The notes below the pieces were generated by a model. It worked only from the letters and a program-made list of their open reading frames with translations. It was not told the DNA's origin and did no database searches. The position numbers were made by a program, and so were the translations under genes. Positions 53,392 to 63,360 of a stretch of DNA of 64,000 nucleotides are shown in pieces. Every line of letters starts with the position of its first letter. Position 1 is the stretch's first letter. The stretch is from assembly GCA_049585795.1 (NCBI GenBank), contig JBAVAQ010000023.1:45915-109914 (forward strand), in the 5' to 3' direction. Origin of the DNA: Terriglobales bacterium. GTDB lineage: Bacteria > Acidobacteriota > Terriglobia > Terriglobales > Acidobacteriaceae.

Positions 53392-55569
53392 TTATCTCGC
53401 CCGCGCCAGCACCAGGGTCACATCATCGGGTTGCTCGTTGGGGCCAATCCAGTCGTCCACGGCGGCGGTTACGATTTCGCTGATCCGCGTAAGCGGCAAA
53501 TCGCGATTCTCGCGCAGCAAGTCGATCAGGCGCGCTTCGCCAAACTCGCCAAAATCATTTTCCGGCTCGGTTACACCGTCGGTGTAACCCACAAAAATTT
53601 CGCCCCGGCGAAGCTCGACCGAAGCCTCGCTGTAGCTGATGTGATCGAACAGGCCGACCACGGTTCCTCCGCACTCCAGGCGGCGAATGGAACCATCCTC
53701 GCTCATGATGATAGGCGGCAGGTGGCCTCCATTGCTATAGGTCAGCTTGCGCTCTACACCGTTGTAGATCCCGAGAAACAGTGTCGCGTACTTCTCAGCC
53801 GGCGTGCTTTCATAAAGTTGGTGATTTAGCAAGGAAAGCAAAGCCGCGGGAGACACGTCGACCCCGCGGAATCCCGAAGCGAGTATTACGTCGGGCCCGC
53901 CCGCCGCGCCGACGGCCGCGGGTTCGCGCAACACCGGAACATCCTGCATACTGAGGGCGCGCACCGCAGCGTGGATGGTTGCCATCAGCAGAGCGGCCGA
54001 AATTCCTTTGCCGCTGACGTCGCCCACGGCCAGAATCAGGCGATCCGAGTCCATTGCCAGGAAGTCGTAATAATCGCCACTAACCGTCCGCGCGGGACGG
54101 AAAAATCCGTGTACTTCGAGCGTCGCGAGCTGAACGCTCTCCTGCGGAAACAACTGCGCCTGAACTTCCTGGGCGATGACGAGCTCGTTCTCCAGCCGCT
54201 GCTTGTCTTTCTGCTCCTCGATCAATTTTTCGAGGGAGGCGGTCATGGAGTTGAACGAATTCGCCAGCGTAGCGACCTGATCATTGGATTTCACCGGAAT
54301 GCGATGGCTGAAGTCGCCGCGATTGACGTGCTGGGTGCCTTCGTAGAGTTGCGCCACCGCGCCAGTCACCGTGCGCGTCAGCAACGAGGCAGTGATGAGC
54401 GCGACGATCTCGATAAGGCCAAAGACGATGGCCACGAAGAGCAGCACAAATTCCACAGTGGGAGCGAAATCTCCCAGCGCGCCAAACAGCCGCTCATACA
54501 ATTTGGACACGCGGGTTTGCACAATGATGGCGGCGGGACTGGAGGTGTCTCCGGTATCCCAGTTCACTACGAGTACCGTGGTAGGGAAGGTGACTTGATG
54601 GTCTACACCCGCTGCTGGCGGAGGGACTGTTCCGGCGATGTAAGTTGGCGGACGTCCCTGGCCGACATCGAGCACATATTCTCCCTGGGGTTTGGTTACG
54701 CCGATCGTGTTCTGGGAAGTCCCACTGCCGACGCGCAGACCGGGCTTAGCTTGCGATTGGTCAACCTTCTGGAGAGTGAGGCCGGTGGCATAAAGTGTGA
54801 TTTGGCCGAGGTTGGCGGCCAAATCCTGCAGCATTTGCTGATCGAGGGGTTCGCTCGAGAGCACGGTCACTGTCCCCCCGCTGACAGGAGTCGTCTCGAG
54901 AGCGCGCAAGAAAAGTTGATCCCCGTCTCGTACAACTCCACTGAAAGGAATCTTCAAGTGGGAAGGAATGGTTGGAGGCCCGGCGGTCGAGCCGTCAGGA
55001 GTGCTGTTGAGAATTAACCTCTTGTCCAGCCAAACGCAGATCTGCCGGCGCGCCCAAGTCTTGCCGGACTGGCGCAAGCTTTCGATGGCGCCGGTGCTGG
55101 TTCCGGAGCCGCGCTGTATTTGAGAAGCAAACTGGTGGGTGATCGCGGAATTTGTCGCCTGAAGACTTTTCAGCTCGGTGGTCAAGCTGGTGGTCACGAT
55201 AAAAGTGGCGAACTGCCCGGCAAATAGATAAAAGGAAAGCAGCGCCAGCGCCACCAGCATGACGACCGGAATGACGCCGATGAATATGTAGGTGACGATG
55301 AGCCGGTTGCGCAGCCGCCAAAGCGCTTTTGCTTTGATCCAGCGAATCGCCAGGATGGAGAAAAGAACGATGACGAGAAAGCTGAGAAAGCTGACCCATC
55401 CGCCCAGACTGTCGCCGTAGGAAAGATGAAATAAACCAGACACCTTCTGCAGCACAAATAACAGTAGGTCCAGGCCGAGGAGGTACCACGCGATCTGCGC
55501 CACTCTGCTGGTGGGCAGCAATCCTGCCTCGCGAAGCCGGAGCCGGAGATCACGAAAAGCCATGGCCAT
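53392..55569 (-). CDS. Membrane sensor HAMP + PP2C/SpoIIE-family serine phosphatase
   Basis: 725 aa with N-terminal TM helices and a periplasmic region. HAMP (ASLLTRTVTGAVAQLYEGTQHVNRGDFSHRI), SGDYYDF, GDVSGKG and TDGVTE. Confidence 0.85.
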   Translation of the reverse strand: MAMAFRDLRLRLREAGLLPTSRVAQIAWYLLGLDLLLFVLQKVSGLFHLSYGDSLGGWVSFLSFLVIVLFSILAIRWIKAKALWRLRNRLIVTYIFIGVIPVVMLVALALLSFYLFAGQFATFIVTTSLTTELKSLQATNSAITHQFASQIQRGSGTSTGAIESLRQSGKTWARRQICVWLDKRLILNSTPDGSTAGPPTIPSHLKIPFSGVVRDGDQLFLRALETTPVSGGTVTVLSSEPLDQQMLQDLAANLGQITLYATGLTLQKVDQSQAKPGLRVGSGTSQNTIGVTKPQGEYVLDVGQGRPPTYIAGTVPPPAAGVDHQVTFPTTVLVVNWDTGDTSSPAAIIVQTRVSKLYERLFGALGDFAPTVEFVLLFVAIVFGLIEIVALITASLLTRTVTGAVAQLYEGTQHVNRGDFSHRIPVKSNDQVATLANSFNSMTASLEKLIEEQKDKQRLENELVIAQEVQAQLFPQESVQLATLEVHGFFRPARTVSGDYYDFLAMDSDRLILAVGDVSGKGISAALLMATIHAAVRALSMQDVPVLREPAAVGAAGGPDVILASGFRGVDVSPAALLSLLNHQLYESTPAEKYATLFLGIYNGVERKLTYSNGGHLPPIIMSEDGSIRRLECGGTVVGLFDHISYSEASVELRRGEIFVGYTDGVTEPENDFGEFGEARLIDLLRENRDLPLTRISEIVTAAVDDWIGPNEQPDDVTLVLARAR

Positions 55570-55655
55570 GGTCCAAAACCGAATTATAGAAGAGAAGGCT
55601 GGATCAGGCTTCTAGCCGTCAGGCTTCAGCAAACGCTGACCCGAAGCCTACTCTT

Positions 55656-55856
55656 TCAAATTTCCGGATAGAAATCGAAGAACGCTTCCAGGCTGGTCTT
55701 TAGCTGTTTTTCAATCTCATCCTTGCTGCCTTCGAGCAAGTGCATGGTCACGTGGGCTTCGCGGCCGTTCTTAAGCTTGAGGGTTGCGTCTCCAACTTCC
55801 GCAACTTCCTCCGAGGGCAGCAAACGCAATCCGTATACCAGAGTTAAGTTTGCCAT
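55656..55856 (-). CDS. Small hypothetical protein
   Basis: 66-aa ORF with no recognisable family. Confidence 0.35.
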   Translation of the reverse strand: MANLTLVYGLRLLPSEEVAEVGDATLKLKNGREAHVTMHLLEGSKDEIEKQLKTSLEAFFDFYPEI

Positions 55857-55955
55857 GAAGCGATTTTACCGCGTTAGGAATGGAGACGCCTGCAGCGTGA
55901 ACCCTGTCCTTATTCGCAATTTAAGAATCTCTCCCTCTTCATTTAGAATGCCCAC

Positions 55956-56720
55956 GTGCTCCGAAACATCTTGGTAGTCTTGTTCACCGTTGGATTGACG
56001 CAATTGGCCAGCGCCCAACAATCTTCCCAGCCACAGGTCAAGCTGAACATGCTGAATGTGTGCTCGCCTTCGGCAGAGGAGCAGCAGGAGATTGCTTCTG
56101 CGCTGGCGCGGATTCCAAGGCAACCGCTTTTCAGTTCCGATTTTGAGGTCGATCGCGGGCGCTCGACGCTCGATCAGAGCCCTGATTTTCTTAAAGCGGG
56201 AGCGAGCGCACAATTCTCCCCCGACTCCGGAACCGCCGACTGGGTTCGGATTCGTCGCGAGTTCGCGGTGCAGGCTCTCTTTTCAACCGTGCAGTACTCG
56301 TTCAGCCGCGACCCGAAGAATATGGTCGAGACTCTGATCTTCCACGTGCGCGATCCCAAGGACTTGATGCAAGTTGCCATCGAAGACAATGCCTCTGCCG
56401 TGACCACGCCCGCGACCATGCTTTCTACCGATACGCCCGCCAGCCGCATCAAGCTGGAGCGTTTCGGGAAGTCGTCGGTGGTACTCGGCCGCTGCGCGGG
56501 GACGGAAGGGAATCCGGCGCCGGATCAAAGCGCTTACGAGCCGCTGTTTCAAAGTGCAACCGCGATCGTGGCTAACTATCGCAATCTTTTAGCGGCGCGG
56601 ACTACCGTGCCCGCAGAGCTGGCGCGAGTGAGCAGTGTGAAAGCGGGTAAAACAAAGCCCGCAGCGAAGGCGACGCCAAAGAAGGCGGTGCCGGAAAAGT
56701 CCGCATCGCAAAATGAGTGA
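55956..56720 (+). CDS. Secreted hypothetical protein
   Basis: 254 aa with signal peptide MLRNILVVLFTVGLTQLASA. 4-nt overlap with the trxB track ORF. Confidence 0.5.
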   Translation: MLRNILVVLFTVGLTQLASAQQSSQPQVKLNMLNVCSPSAEEQQEIASALARIPRQPLFSSDFEVDRGRSTLDQSPDFLKAGASAQFSPDSGTADWVRIRREFAVQALFSTVQYSFSRDPKNMVETLIFHVRDPKDLMQVAIEDNASAVTTPATMLSTDTPASRIKLERFGKSSVVLGRCAGTEGNPAPDQSAYEPLFQSATAIVANYRNLLAARTTVPAELARVSSVKAGKTKPAAKATPKKAVPEKSASQNE

Positions 56721-56773
56721 TCAAATCCGCGTTTGAACCCAAATCTGAAATCCGTAATCTAACTCCTTACTCT

Positions 56774-57697
56774 ATGGACAATATCCGCAACGTCGTCGTC
56801 ATTGGCTCTGGCTGCGCCGGGCATACCGCTGCGCTCTATACTGCGCGAGCGAACTTGAAGCCGCTGATACTCGAAGGCCACGAACCTGGCGGCCAGCTCT
56901 CTCTCACGACGCTGGTCGAAAACTTTCCCGGCTTCCCCGAGGGCATTCAGGGACCCGAGTTGATCGAGAACATGCGCAAGCAAGCATCGCGCTTCGGCGC
57001 GGAATATAAACATGGCCACGTGACCAGCGTCGATCTCAGCGAAAACCCTTTCAAGATCCATGTCAGTCACGAAGTGATCCAGGCCCACTCGCTGATCATC
57101 GCCAGTGGAGCTTCGGCGCGTTGGCTCGGATTGCCGCACGAGCAGCAACTGATCGGACACGGCGTTTCCTCCTGCGCTACGTGTGATGGTTTCTTTTTCT
57201 CGGGCAAGGAAATCACCGTGATCGGAGGTGGCGATTCCGCCATGGAAGAAGCGATTTTTTTGTCGCGCTTCGCCACCAAGGTTACGGTCATCCATCGCCG
57301 GGAACATTTTCGAGCTTCAAAGATCATGCTCGAGCGCGCGCAGAAGAACGAGAAGATCACGTTCCTGCTCGATACGGTCGTCGAAGACGTAAACGACATT
57401 CACAAGAAAGAGGTCACCAGCCTGACCTTGCGGAATCTCAAGACGAACAAAGTCTGGGATTTCCCTACCAGCGCTATGTTTCTGGGCATTGGGCACATTC
57501 CTAACACCAAGATATTTGAAGGCCAACTCGATATGGATCAGGACGGTTATTTGAAAACTACAAACTACGTCTTCACCCGTGTGCCCGGAGTCTACGCTTG
57601 CGGCGATGTGCAAGATCGGCGCTATCGTCAGGCGATCACGGCCGCGGGCTCGGGATGCATGGCCGCATTGGAAGTAGAAAAGTTTCTGGAAGAATGA
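56774..57697 (+). CDS. trxB: Thioredoxin-disulfide reductase
   Basis: VVIGSGCAGHTAA, redox CATCDG, GGGDSAMEEA, HRR and GDV. Confidence 0.93.
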   Translation: MDNIRNVVVIGSGCAGHTAALYTARANLKPLILEGHEPGGQLSLTTLVENFPGFPEGIQGPELIENMRKQASRFGAEYKHGHVTSVDLSENPFKIHVSHEVIQAHSLIIASGASARWLGLPHEQQLIGHGVSSCATCDGFFFSGKEITVIGGGDSAMEEAIFLSRFATKVTVIHRREHFRASKIMLERAQKNEKITFLLDTVVEDVNDIHKKEVTSLTLRNLKTNKVWDFPTSAMFLGIGHIPNTKIFEGQLDMDQDGYLKTTNYVFTRVPGVYACGDVQDRRYRQAITAAGSGCMAALEVEKFLEE

Positions 57698-57751
57698 TTG
57701 TAAACGCTCGACCCGTGCGGAACTCGGAATCTCGACTAACGCCTCTGTGTA

Positions 57752-57810
57752 CCTTCGTGTGCTTTGTGGTTTCAGCATCTGAAGTTCATCAACCACAAAG
57801 GACGCGAAGG
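57752..57810. repeat. Palindromic element (ccacaaag-type)
   Basis: ccttcgtgtgctttgtggtt (57752-57771) and aaccacaaaggacgcgaagg (57791-57810) match 18/20 as complements, with a 19-nt loop. Confidence 0.65.
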
Positions 57811-57840
57811 CACCCAAAGGAAGGATTTCGGAGGTTATGC

Positions 57841-58110
57841 ATGTCAGGGGCGCAAACCACCTGTGCCCACGTAAAAAAGATTCGCAAAGTAACGCCGAGT
57901 GGCAACGGCTGCAAAGAATGCCTTGAAATGGGCGACACCTGGGTTCACTTGAGAGAGTGTCTCATCTGTGGTCACGTCGGCTGTTGCGACTCGTCCAGGA
58001 ACAAGCACGCCGCCAAGCACTTTCACCAGACCAAGCATCCGATCATGCAGTCTTTCGAGCCGGGAGAGAACTGGCGCTGGTGCTATGTCGACGAAATTTT
58101 TCTGAGCTAA
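57841..58110 (+). CDS. UBP-type zinc-finger protein
   Basis: 89 aa from the ATG at 57841. CKEC...WVHLRECLICGHVGCCDSSRNKHAAKHF..TKHP. Confidence 0.75.
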   Translation: MSGAQTTCAHVKKIRKVTPSGNGCKECLEMGDTWVHLRECLICGHVGCCDSSRNKHAAKHFHQTKHPIMQSFEPGENWRWCYVDEIFLS

Positions 58111-58236
58111 GCATTTCACTCACCTCGATGACTGCCGTCGCACCCAGCTCACCTCACTTGTGATACAAATTCCTGTGATCTTCATGCACGTGCAAGGTAG
58201 TCATAACTCCATCTGCTCTACCTGCGCAGGTCTACG

Positions 58237-59163
58237 GTGCTAAGGGCGCTCTTTATTTCTCTTTCCGAGAGCCACTGGCTGCGCGCCGTTGCTGAGCGTT
58301 CCTCCATCGGCCAGAAATTTTCCAGCCGCTTTGTGGCCGGCACCCAGGTCGAAGATGTGCTTCGGGCCACGCGCGCCGTGAATGAATCCGGGCTGAGTGT
58401 CTCCATCGACAACCTCGGCGAAAACGTCACCAATGCCGATGAAGCCCGCGCCAGCGCACAGCTCTATCACCAGTTGCTGGACGATATCGCCGAGCAAAAG
58501 CTAAACGCCAACATCAGTCTGAAGCTCACTCACATGGGCCTCGACGTGGATGAAAAACTTGCCTACGACCAGGTTGCCGGACTCGTGGCCAGGGCCTCCT
58601 CCATGAACCCGCGCAACTTTGTTCGCGTCGACATGGAAGGTTCGTCCTATACTCAACGCACTCTCGATTTCGTCCACGAACTGCACCGCGCACCGGGCCA
58701 TCGTGGGGCCGTCGGCACCGTCATCCAGAGCTACATGCGGCGCTCGGAGAAGGATGTTGAGAATCTGTTGGCCGATGGCATTCGCATTCGCCTGTGTAAA
58801 GGCGCCTACAAAGAGCCGCCGGAGATTGCCTTCCAACAAAAGTCTGAAGTCGATGCCAACTACGTGAAGCTGATGAAGATCCTGATGAAGAGTTCCACTT
58901 ATCACGGGCTGGCTACGCATGACGAGAACATCATCAATCAGGCAAAGGCCTTCGCCACGAAGGAAAGAATTTCACGCGACGCTTTTGAATTCCAGATGCT
59001 TCACGGCATCCGCCGCGACCTGCAACAGGGCCTGGTACGCGATGGCTGGCGAATGCGCGTCTACATCCCGTTCGGGGCAGAATGGTATCCCTATCTGATG
59101 CGGCGCCTGGCCGAGCGTCCGGCCAACGTTTTCTTCATCGCCAAGAACCTGTTCCGGCAATAG
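58237..59163 (+). CDS. Proline dehydrogenase family protein
   Basis: 308 aa with SIDNLGE, VRVDMEGS, IRLCKGAY, ATHD, FEFQMLHGI and VYIPFG. Confidence 0.85.
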   Translation: MLRALFISLSESHWLRAVAERSSIGQKFSSRFVAGTQVEDVLRATRAVNESGLSVSIDNLGENVTNADEARASAQLYHQLLDDIAEQKLNANISLKLTHMGLDVDEKLAYDQVAGLVARASSMNPRNFVRVDMEGSSYTQRTLDFVHELHRAPGHRGAVGTVIQSYMRRSEKDVENLLADGIRIRLCKGAYKEPPEIAFQQKSEVDANYVKLMKILMKSSTYHGLATHDENIINQAKAFATKERISRDAFEFQMLHGIRRDLQQGLVRDGWRMRVYIPFGAEWYPYLMRRLAERPANVFFIAKNLFRQ

Positions 59164-59197
59164 CAAGAGGTCGGGCCGTCCGCCATTCGCTCCTAAG

Positions 59198-59290
59198 TTG
59201 TTGTCATTCCGAGGAGCGAAGCGACGAGGAATCTCGGTTTCGCCGTCAGCGCGAAGAACCCAGATCCCTCGCTTTGCTAGGGATGACAAA
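59198..59290. repeat. MITE/REP-like element with ttgtcattcc...gggatgacaa termini
   Basis: gttgttgtcattccgaggagcgaagcgacgaggaatctc...ccctcgctttgctagggatgacaaa. The termini are inverted complements and there is an internal gaggaatctc hairpin half. Confidence 0.6.
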
Positions 59291-59357
59291 CCGGCCAGAT
59301 GACAATCCACCCACAGTTTCGGAGTCCTACCCTCCCCACTTCTGCTAGCATAAATAC

Positions 59358-60212
59358 ATGGGCAACCATGGCCAGACCGCGATTGCGGAAGCATTTGCCG
59401 CGTTAGTGGGCCCGCAGGTCGGCGACGAGGATATCGATCTCGCTCGCGCAGCCTTGACCATCGCCCTGACCGAATACCCTGATCTCGACATTGAATCCTA
59501 TGTCGCCCGCATCGATGAACTCGCGCACATGGCCGAGGCTCGCATCTCCGAAGTCGGCGACGCCGCCCAGACCATTGCGGCGCTGAATCACACTCTTTTC
59601 GAGGAAGCCGGATTACGAGGCAATCGCGAGGAATACTACGATCCCCGGAACTCTTTTCTAAACGATGTGCTCGACCGAGGACTCGGCATTCCCATTACCC
59701 TGGCCTTGATCTATATGGAGGTCGGCCGCCGTCTCGGGTTCCCTTTATTCGGCGTGGGCATGCCCGGACATTTCCTGCTCAAGCACTATGACATTGACGG
59801 CCGCGAGACGTTAGTGGACTGCTTCAGCGGCGGAGATATTCTCAGTCCGCAGGACTGCCAGCGACGCCTCGACGAAATCTATTCCGGCCAGATGACTTTG
59901 CGCCCGGAATTCCTCTTCGCCGTCAGCCGCCGTCAAATTCTCACCCGTATCATGAACAATCTAAAAATGATCCAGCTGTCGGCGCGCAACTTCCGCAAGG
60001 CCCTGCCGCTGGTCGATCTGGTGCTGGTGATCTATCCTCGCTCTCCCGAGGATGTCAAGCAACGCGCTCTTTTACGCTATAGCCTCGGTCAGATGTCGGG
60101 TGCGGCCGAAGATCTGGAACAATATCTAAAGATGTCGCCCGATGCCTCCGACGCCGACGAAATCCGCCAGACAGCACTTTCTATCCGCAGAATGCTTGCC
60201 TTGATGAATTGA
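59358..60212 (+). CDS. SirB1-like transglutaminase-fold + TPR protein
   Basis: 284 aa with NSFLNDVLDRGLGIPITLALIYMEVGRRLG...GMPGHFLLK and a TPR-like C-terminus. Confidence 0.7.
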   Translation: MGNHGQTAIAEAFAALVGPQVGDEDIDLARAALTIALTEYPDLDIESYVARIDELAHMAEARISEVGDAAQTIAALNHTLFEEAGLRGNREEYYDPRNSFLNDVLDRGLGIPITLALIYMEVGRRLGFPLFGVGMPGHFLLKHYDIDGRETLVDCFSGGDILSPQDCQRRLDEIYSGQMTLRPEFLFAVSRRQILTRIMNNLKMIQLSARNFRKALPLVDLVLVIYPRSPEDVKQRALLRYSLGQMSGAAEDLEQYLKMSPDASDADEIRQTALSIRRMLALMN

Positions 60213-60312
60213 GTCACAGAAAAAACGCTCGGCCGATTCGACTGGGGCCGAATTTCCACAGAATTCATGCCTATTTTCACTGGCTGACGAGTGAACTGCA
60301 AAATCTTTCATC

Positions 60313-60341
60313 TTGACAGGGTCCCCCCGGAGGGCCACAAT
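60313..60341 (+). promoter_or_regulatory. Possible sigma70-type promoter
   Basis: TTGACA (60313-60318), a 17-nt spacer, then CACAAT (60336-60341). About 140 nt upstream of the GloVer gene ATG. Confidence 0.3.
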
Positions 60342-60484
60342 GTTTCGACTTTTTTTAGGCGTCCGAGTTGGTGAATTGTAGTAGGCCCGTCTCCCCCTAA
60401 ACCATCCCCCTGGCGAGGGCTTCCTCATTATCGGATGTTTGATAGTCAAATTTTCGATCTGCTAACAAAATTTAGGAGGAGTTT

Positions 60485-61720
60485 ATGCGCGTGAAAGCGC
60501 TTGTGCTGATGGCAGTGACCCTAATCCTTGTAGGTAGTGCGTGGAGTTCCGACACTGTACTCTACAACTTCTGTTCTCAGACCAGCTGTGTGGATGGTTA
60601 CATTCCCTATGGTCCCTTGGTTGCCGACTCCACGGGTAATCATCTCTTTGGCACCACCTACTATGGCGGTACCAACAACTATGGCGAGGTCTTCGAGCTG
60701 ACGAATTCCGGTGGCACGTGGTCCCAAACCGTAATCTATAGCTTTCTCGGTGCCAGCAACAGCGATGGTGCGTACCCGTTTGGCGGCATGGTCCTCGATG
60801 CGGACGGAAACATCTATGGCACGACCTACGGGGGCGGCGCAAGCAGCGAGGGTACGGCGTTTGAGCTGTCCAAGTCGGGGAGCACATGGAAGGAGACTGT
60901 GCTTCATACCTTCGACGACATTAGCGGCAGTGACGGCTACTACCCATATGGCGGAGTGACCTTTGACGCGGCCGGCAACCTGTACGGCACTACGCTATAC
61001 GGCGGTAAGTTCGGCGGCGGCACGGTCTTCCAACTAAAGCCATCGGGAAGCAAGTACACTTACAAGGGGATTCACAGTTTTGCCACAAGCAGCAGCAGCG
61101 CGTATTATCCCTACGGCGGGGTGGTTGTCGACAGCAAGAACGGTTATCTTTACGGAACCACCTACTACGGTGGTACTGTCTGGAATGCTGGCGCGGTTTA
61201 CCAAATGCGTCAAGTCAGCGGTGTATGGATCTTTTCGGTAGTTTACAATTTCCTTGGAGATTCACTCGGACAATATAGCGAATCTGGTTTGGCCGTGGAT
61301 GCAAGCGGCAACCTCTATGGCACGAACTATCAAGGTGGCGCCTATAACCTCGGAGATGTTTTCAAACTGACGCTAGGCACGAACAACAAGTTTACGCAGA
61401 AGATCATCTACAGCTTCAAGGGTTATGCCAAGAAGGACGGCGCATACCCGTATTATGCAGGGGTTACCATAGATTCAGCAGGGAATCTCTACGGTTCCAC
61501 CTATCAAGGCGGGTCAAGTGCAGCCAACAATCTGAATTATGGCACGGTGTACAAGCTGGCAGCGACCACCTATAAGGAAAGTGTTCTCTGGAGCTTCGGC
61601 ACCACTGGCGACGGATACTATCCCTACCACCCACCGATTTTCGTCAATGGAAAACTCTATGGCACGACCAATAACGGGGGAGTCCATGGAGGAGGCATCG
61701 TATATGAGGTTGCACCGTAG
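60485..61720 (+). CDS. Secreted GloVer (Gloeo_Verruco) tandem-repeat protein
   Basis: 411 aa with a signal peptide. Seven repeats of the ..G.LYGTTyyGG....G.VFkL type. Confidence 0.75.
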   Translation: MRVKALVLMAVTLILVGSAWSSDTVLYNFCSQTSCVDGYIPYGPLVADSTGNHLFGTTYYGGTNNYGEVFELTNSGGTWSQTVIYSFLGASNSDGAYPFGGMVLDADGNIYGTTYGGGASSEGTAFELSKSGSTWKETVLHTFDDISGSDGYYPYGGVTFDAAGNLYGTTLYGGKFGGGTVFQLKPSGSKYTYKGIHSFATSSSSAYYPYGGVVVDSKNGYLYGTTYYGGTVWNAGAVYQMRQVSGVWIFSVVYNFLGDSLGQYSESGLAVDASGNLYGTNYQGGAYNLGDVFKLTLGTNNKFTQKIIYSFKGYAKKDGAYPYYAGVTIDSAGNLYGSTYQGGSSAANNLNYGTVYKLAATTYKESVLWSFGTTGDGYYPYHPPIFVNGKLYGTTNNGGVHGGGIVYEVAP

Positions 61721-61897
61721 TCAGGGTCTTCAGGACTCTGGTACGGTTCCGCTCTGCTCGCCGCTGGGCCTTATGGCTCGGCGGCGATTTTCTTTTAGGA
61801 TCATGTACCGGCTGGGATGGCCGACCCGGCACGATGAGATCGGATTGTGAGAGGGGTGGCGGCTTGGCGACGGCGGAAAGACCCATGGCGTTGGAAG

Positions 61898-61925
61898 TTT
61901 TGAAAGGCACGGCTTGAGCCCTGCC
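61898..61925 (-). repeat. REP-like hairpin family (copy F, inverted, degenerate)
   Basis: ttttgaaaggcacggcttgagccctgcc. Confidence 0.4.
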
Positions 61926-61948
61926 GCAAGTCCTGGAAAACGATGCAC

Positions 61949-61977
61949 GGCGCGGCTGAAGCCGCCCCGCTTGAAGG
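61949..61977 (+). repeat. REP-like hairpin family (copy G)
   Basis: ggcgcggctgaagccgccccgcttgaagg. Confidence 0.5.
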
Positions 61978-62206
61978 CGTTGAGCCGCTGATTTCGGAAT
62001 TTTTTCTTAGGCTTGTGAAAGCCCTGCGCCACCCCAAGATCGGAGTCTTTCTGGAGCTCTGGGAATCGCTGCTTTACAAAACTTCAACGCCAGAAGTTTT
62101 TCTTGCAAGCTGGCCAGATGACCGTAGAATCTCGAATAAATAAGGATTTTGTCCGTCGAGAAGCGGTCGTCCGACGATGGGAACTCAAAGGCGTTTTTCG
62201 CGTGCG

Positions 62207-62785
62207 CTATTCTTCGGGCGGTTCGCTGGGTTCGGCCGGCGCCAGCGGCAACTTGGAAGCGCCACTCAGGACGTTGCGTTCCTGGGGCGAGAACTGCTTC
62301 TTATAGGCGTCGGAGTCAATCTCGCGCTGCCGCGCCTCGGGCGGCATCGCCCGTAATGCCTGGATGGCATTGCGGACAGCCTGGCGGCGTTCTGGCGGAA
62401 GTTGCTGCATCTGATCGTGGATCTGGCGCGCTTGCTGCTTCTGCCCTGGAGTCAGATGCTCCCAGGTTTCCATCCGGTTCAACATCTGCTGTTGCTTTTC
62501 CGGCGGCGCGCTGTTGAAGCGCTGCAACTGGTTGCGCAATTGTTGTTGTCGCTGCGGCGGAAGATTGCGGAATTGAGGATCGCTTTCCAGCGCCTTTCGC
62601 TGTTGCTCCGGCGACAGGTTCCGGTGCTGGCGCAGCCACTCTCCCGCATGATGTTGCTGGGGCTGCTTTCTCTGCGGATGCTCCTCCGGACCTCGTCGGT
62701 TTTGGGCCATCGACGGGGCCGCGCTGGCAAACGCCAACATCAGGGCGGCAATTCCCACCCATGCCGTCATGGACCTTACCCGCAC
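62207..62785 (-). CDS. DUF3106 domain protein (exported, Gln/Arg-rich helical repeats)
   Basis: 192 aa with a signal peptide. Repeats of LSPEQQRKAL / LPPQRQQQLR / LTPGQKQQAR / LPPERRQAVR. Confidence 0.7.
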   Translation of the reverse strand: MRVRSMTAWVGIAALMLAFASAAPSMAQNRRGPEEHPQRKQPQQHHAGEWLRQHRNLSPEQQRKALESDPQFRNLPPQRQQQLRNQLQRFNSAPPEKQQQMLNRMETWEHLTPGQKQQARQIHDQMQQLPPERRQAVRNAIQALRAMPPEARQREIDSDAYKKQFSPQERNVLSGASKLPLAPAEPSEPPEE

Positions 62786-62864
62786 TTGTATCCCCCGGTG
62801 TCTCTCTTCAACTCTCCGTTCAATTCTTGTATTGCGATCTTGGCCGCGCTTCGGTCGGCATTAC

Positions 62865-63350
62865 CTACGGATTGGCTTCCACATCTTTCTGCACCTGCAG
62901 ATCATCGAGTATTTCGAAATCGGAATACAACTCACTGTTCTTGTCCAATGCCTGCAAATCCCCTACCGCCGTTCCCGGCGCAGCCACCATCAGGGCCCTT
63001 GACGCCTCCGGCGTAGGATTTCGCCCGGCATCCGTGCGGAATAAAGTGATGCTCATTACCATGAGCACAGCCAGCGAGACTGCCAGCGCCGGCTTGCGAA
63101 TCCATTGCCACCAGCCCTGTGACTGCTTTGCCATTTCTTCCCGCAGGCGAGCCCGGAGCCGCACGTCGAAGTACGGGGACGGCTCCGGCACTTGCCACTC
63201 ATCCAGCAGGGCCATAGTCTGGCGGAACTCCTTCAGCTTGCCCGCGCACTCCGTGCAGGTCTCGATATGTTTACTTATTTCGGGAGCGACCGCGTCGTCC
63301 AAGCCGGCGGCCAGTTCCGGCATCAGTTCGCAAATCTCATTGCATTTCAT
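62865..63350 (-). CDS. Anti-sigma factor (zf-HC2 type), single-pass membrane
   Basis: Start at MKCNEICELM (ATG at 63350). H..x3..C..C motif HIETCTEC. TM ALAVSLAVLMVMSITLF. Confidence 0.75.
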   Translation of the reverse strand: MKCNEICELMPELAAGLDDAVAPEISKHIETCTECAGKLKEFRQTMALLDEWQVPEPSPYFDVRLRARLREEMAKQSQGWWQWIRKPALAVSLAVLMVMSITLFRTDAGRNPTPEASRALMVAAPGTAVGDLQALDKNSELYSDFEILDDLQVQKDVEANP

Positions 63351-63360
63351 GACTACTTCC

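Noticed and set aside
53971-55017. 348-aa + strand ORF
   Set aside because: It is antisense to the HAMP-SpoIIE phosphatase gene.
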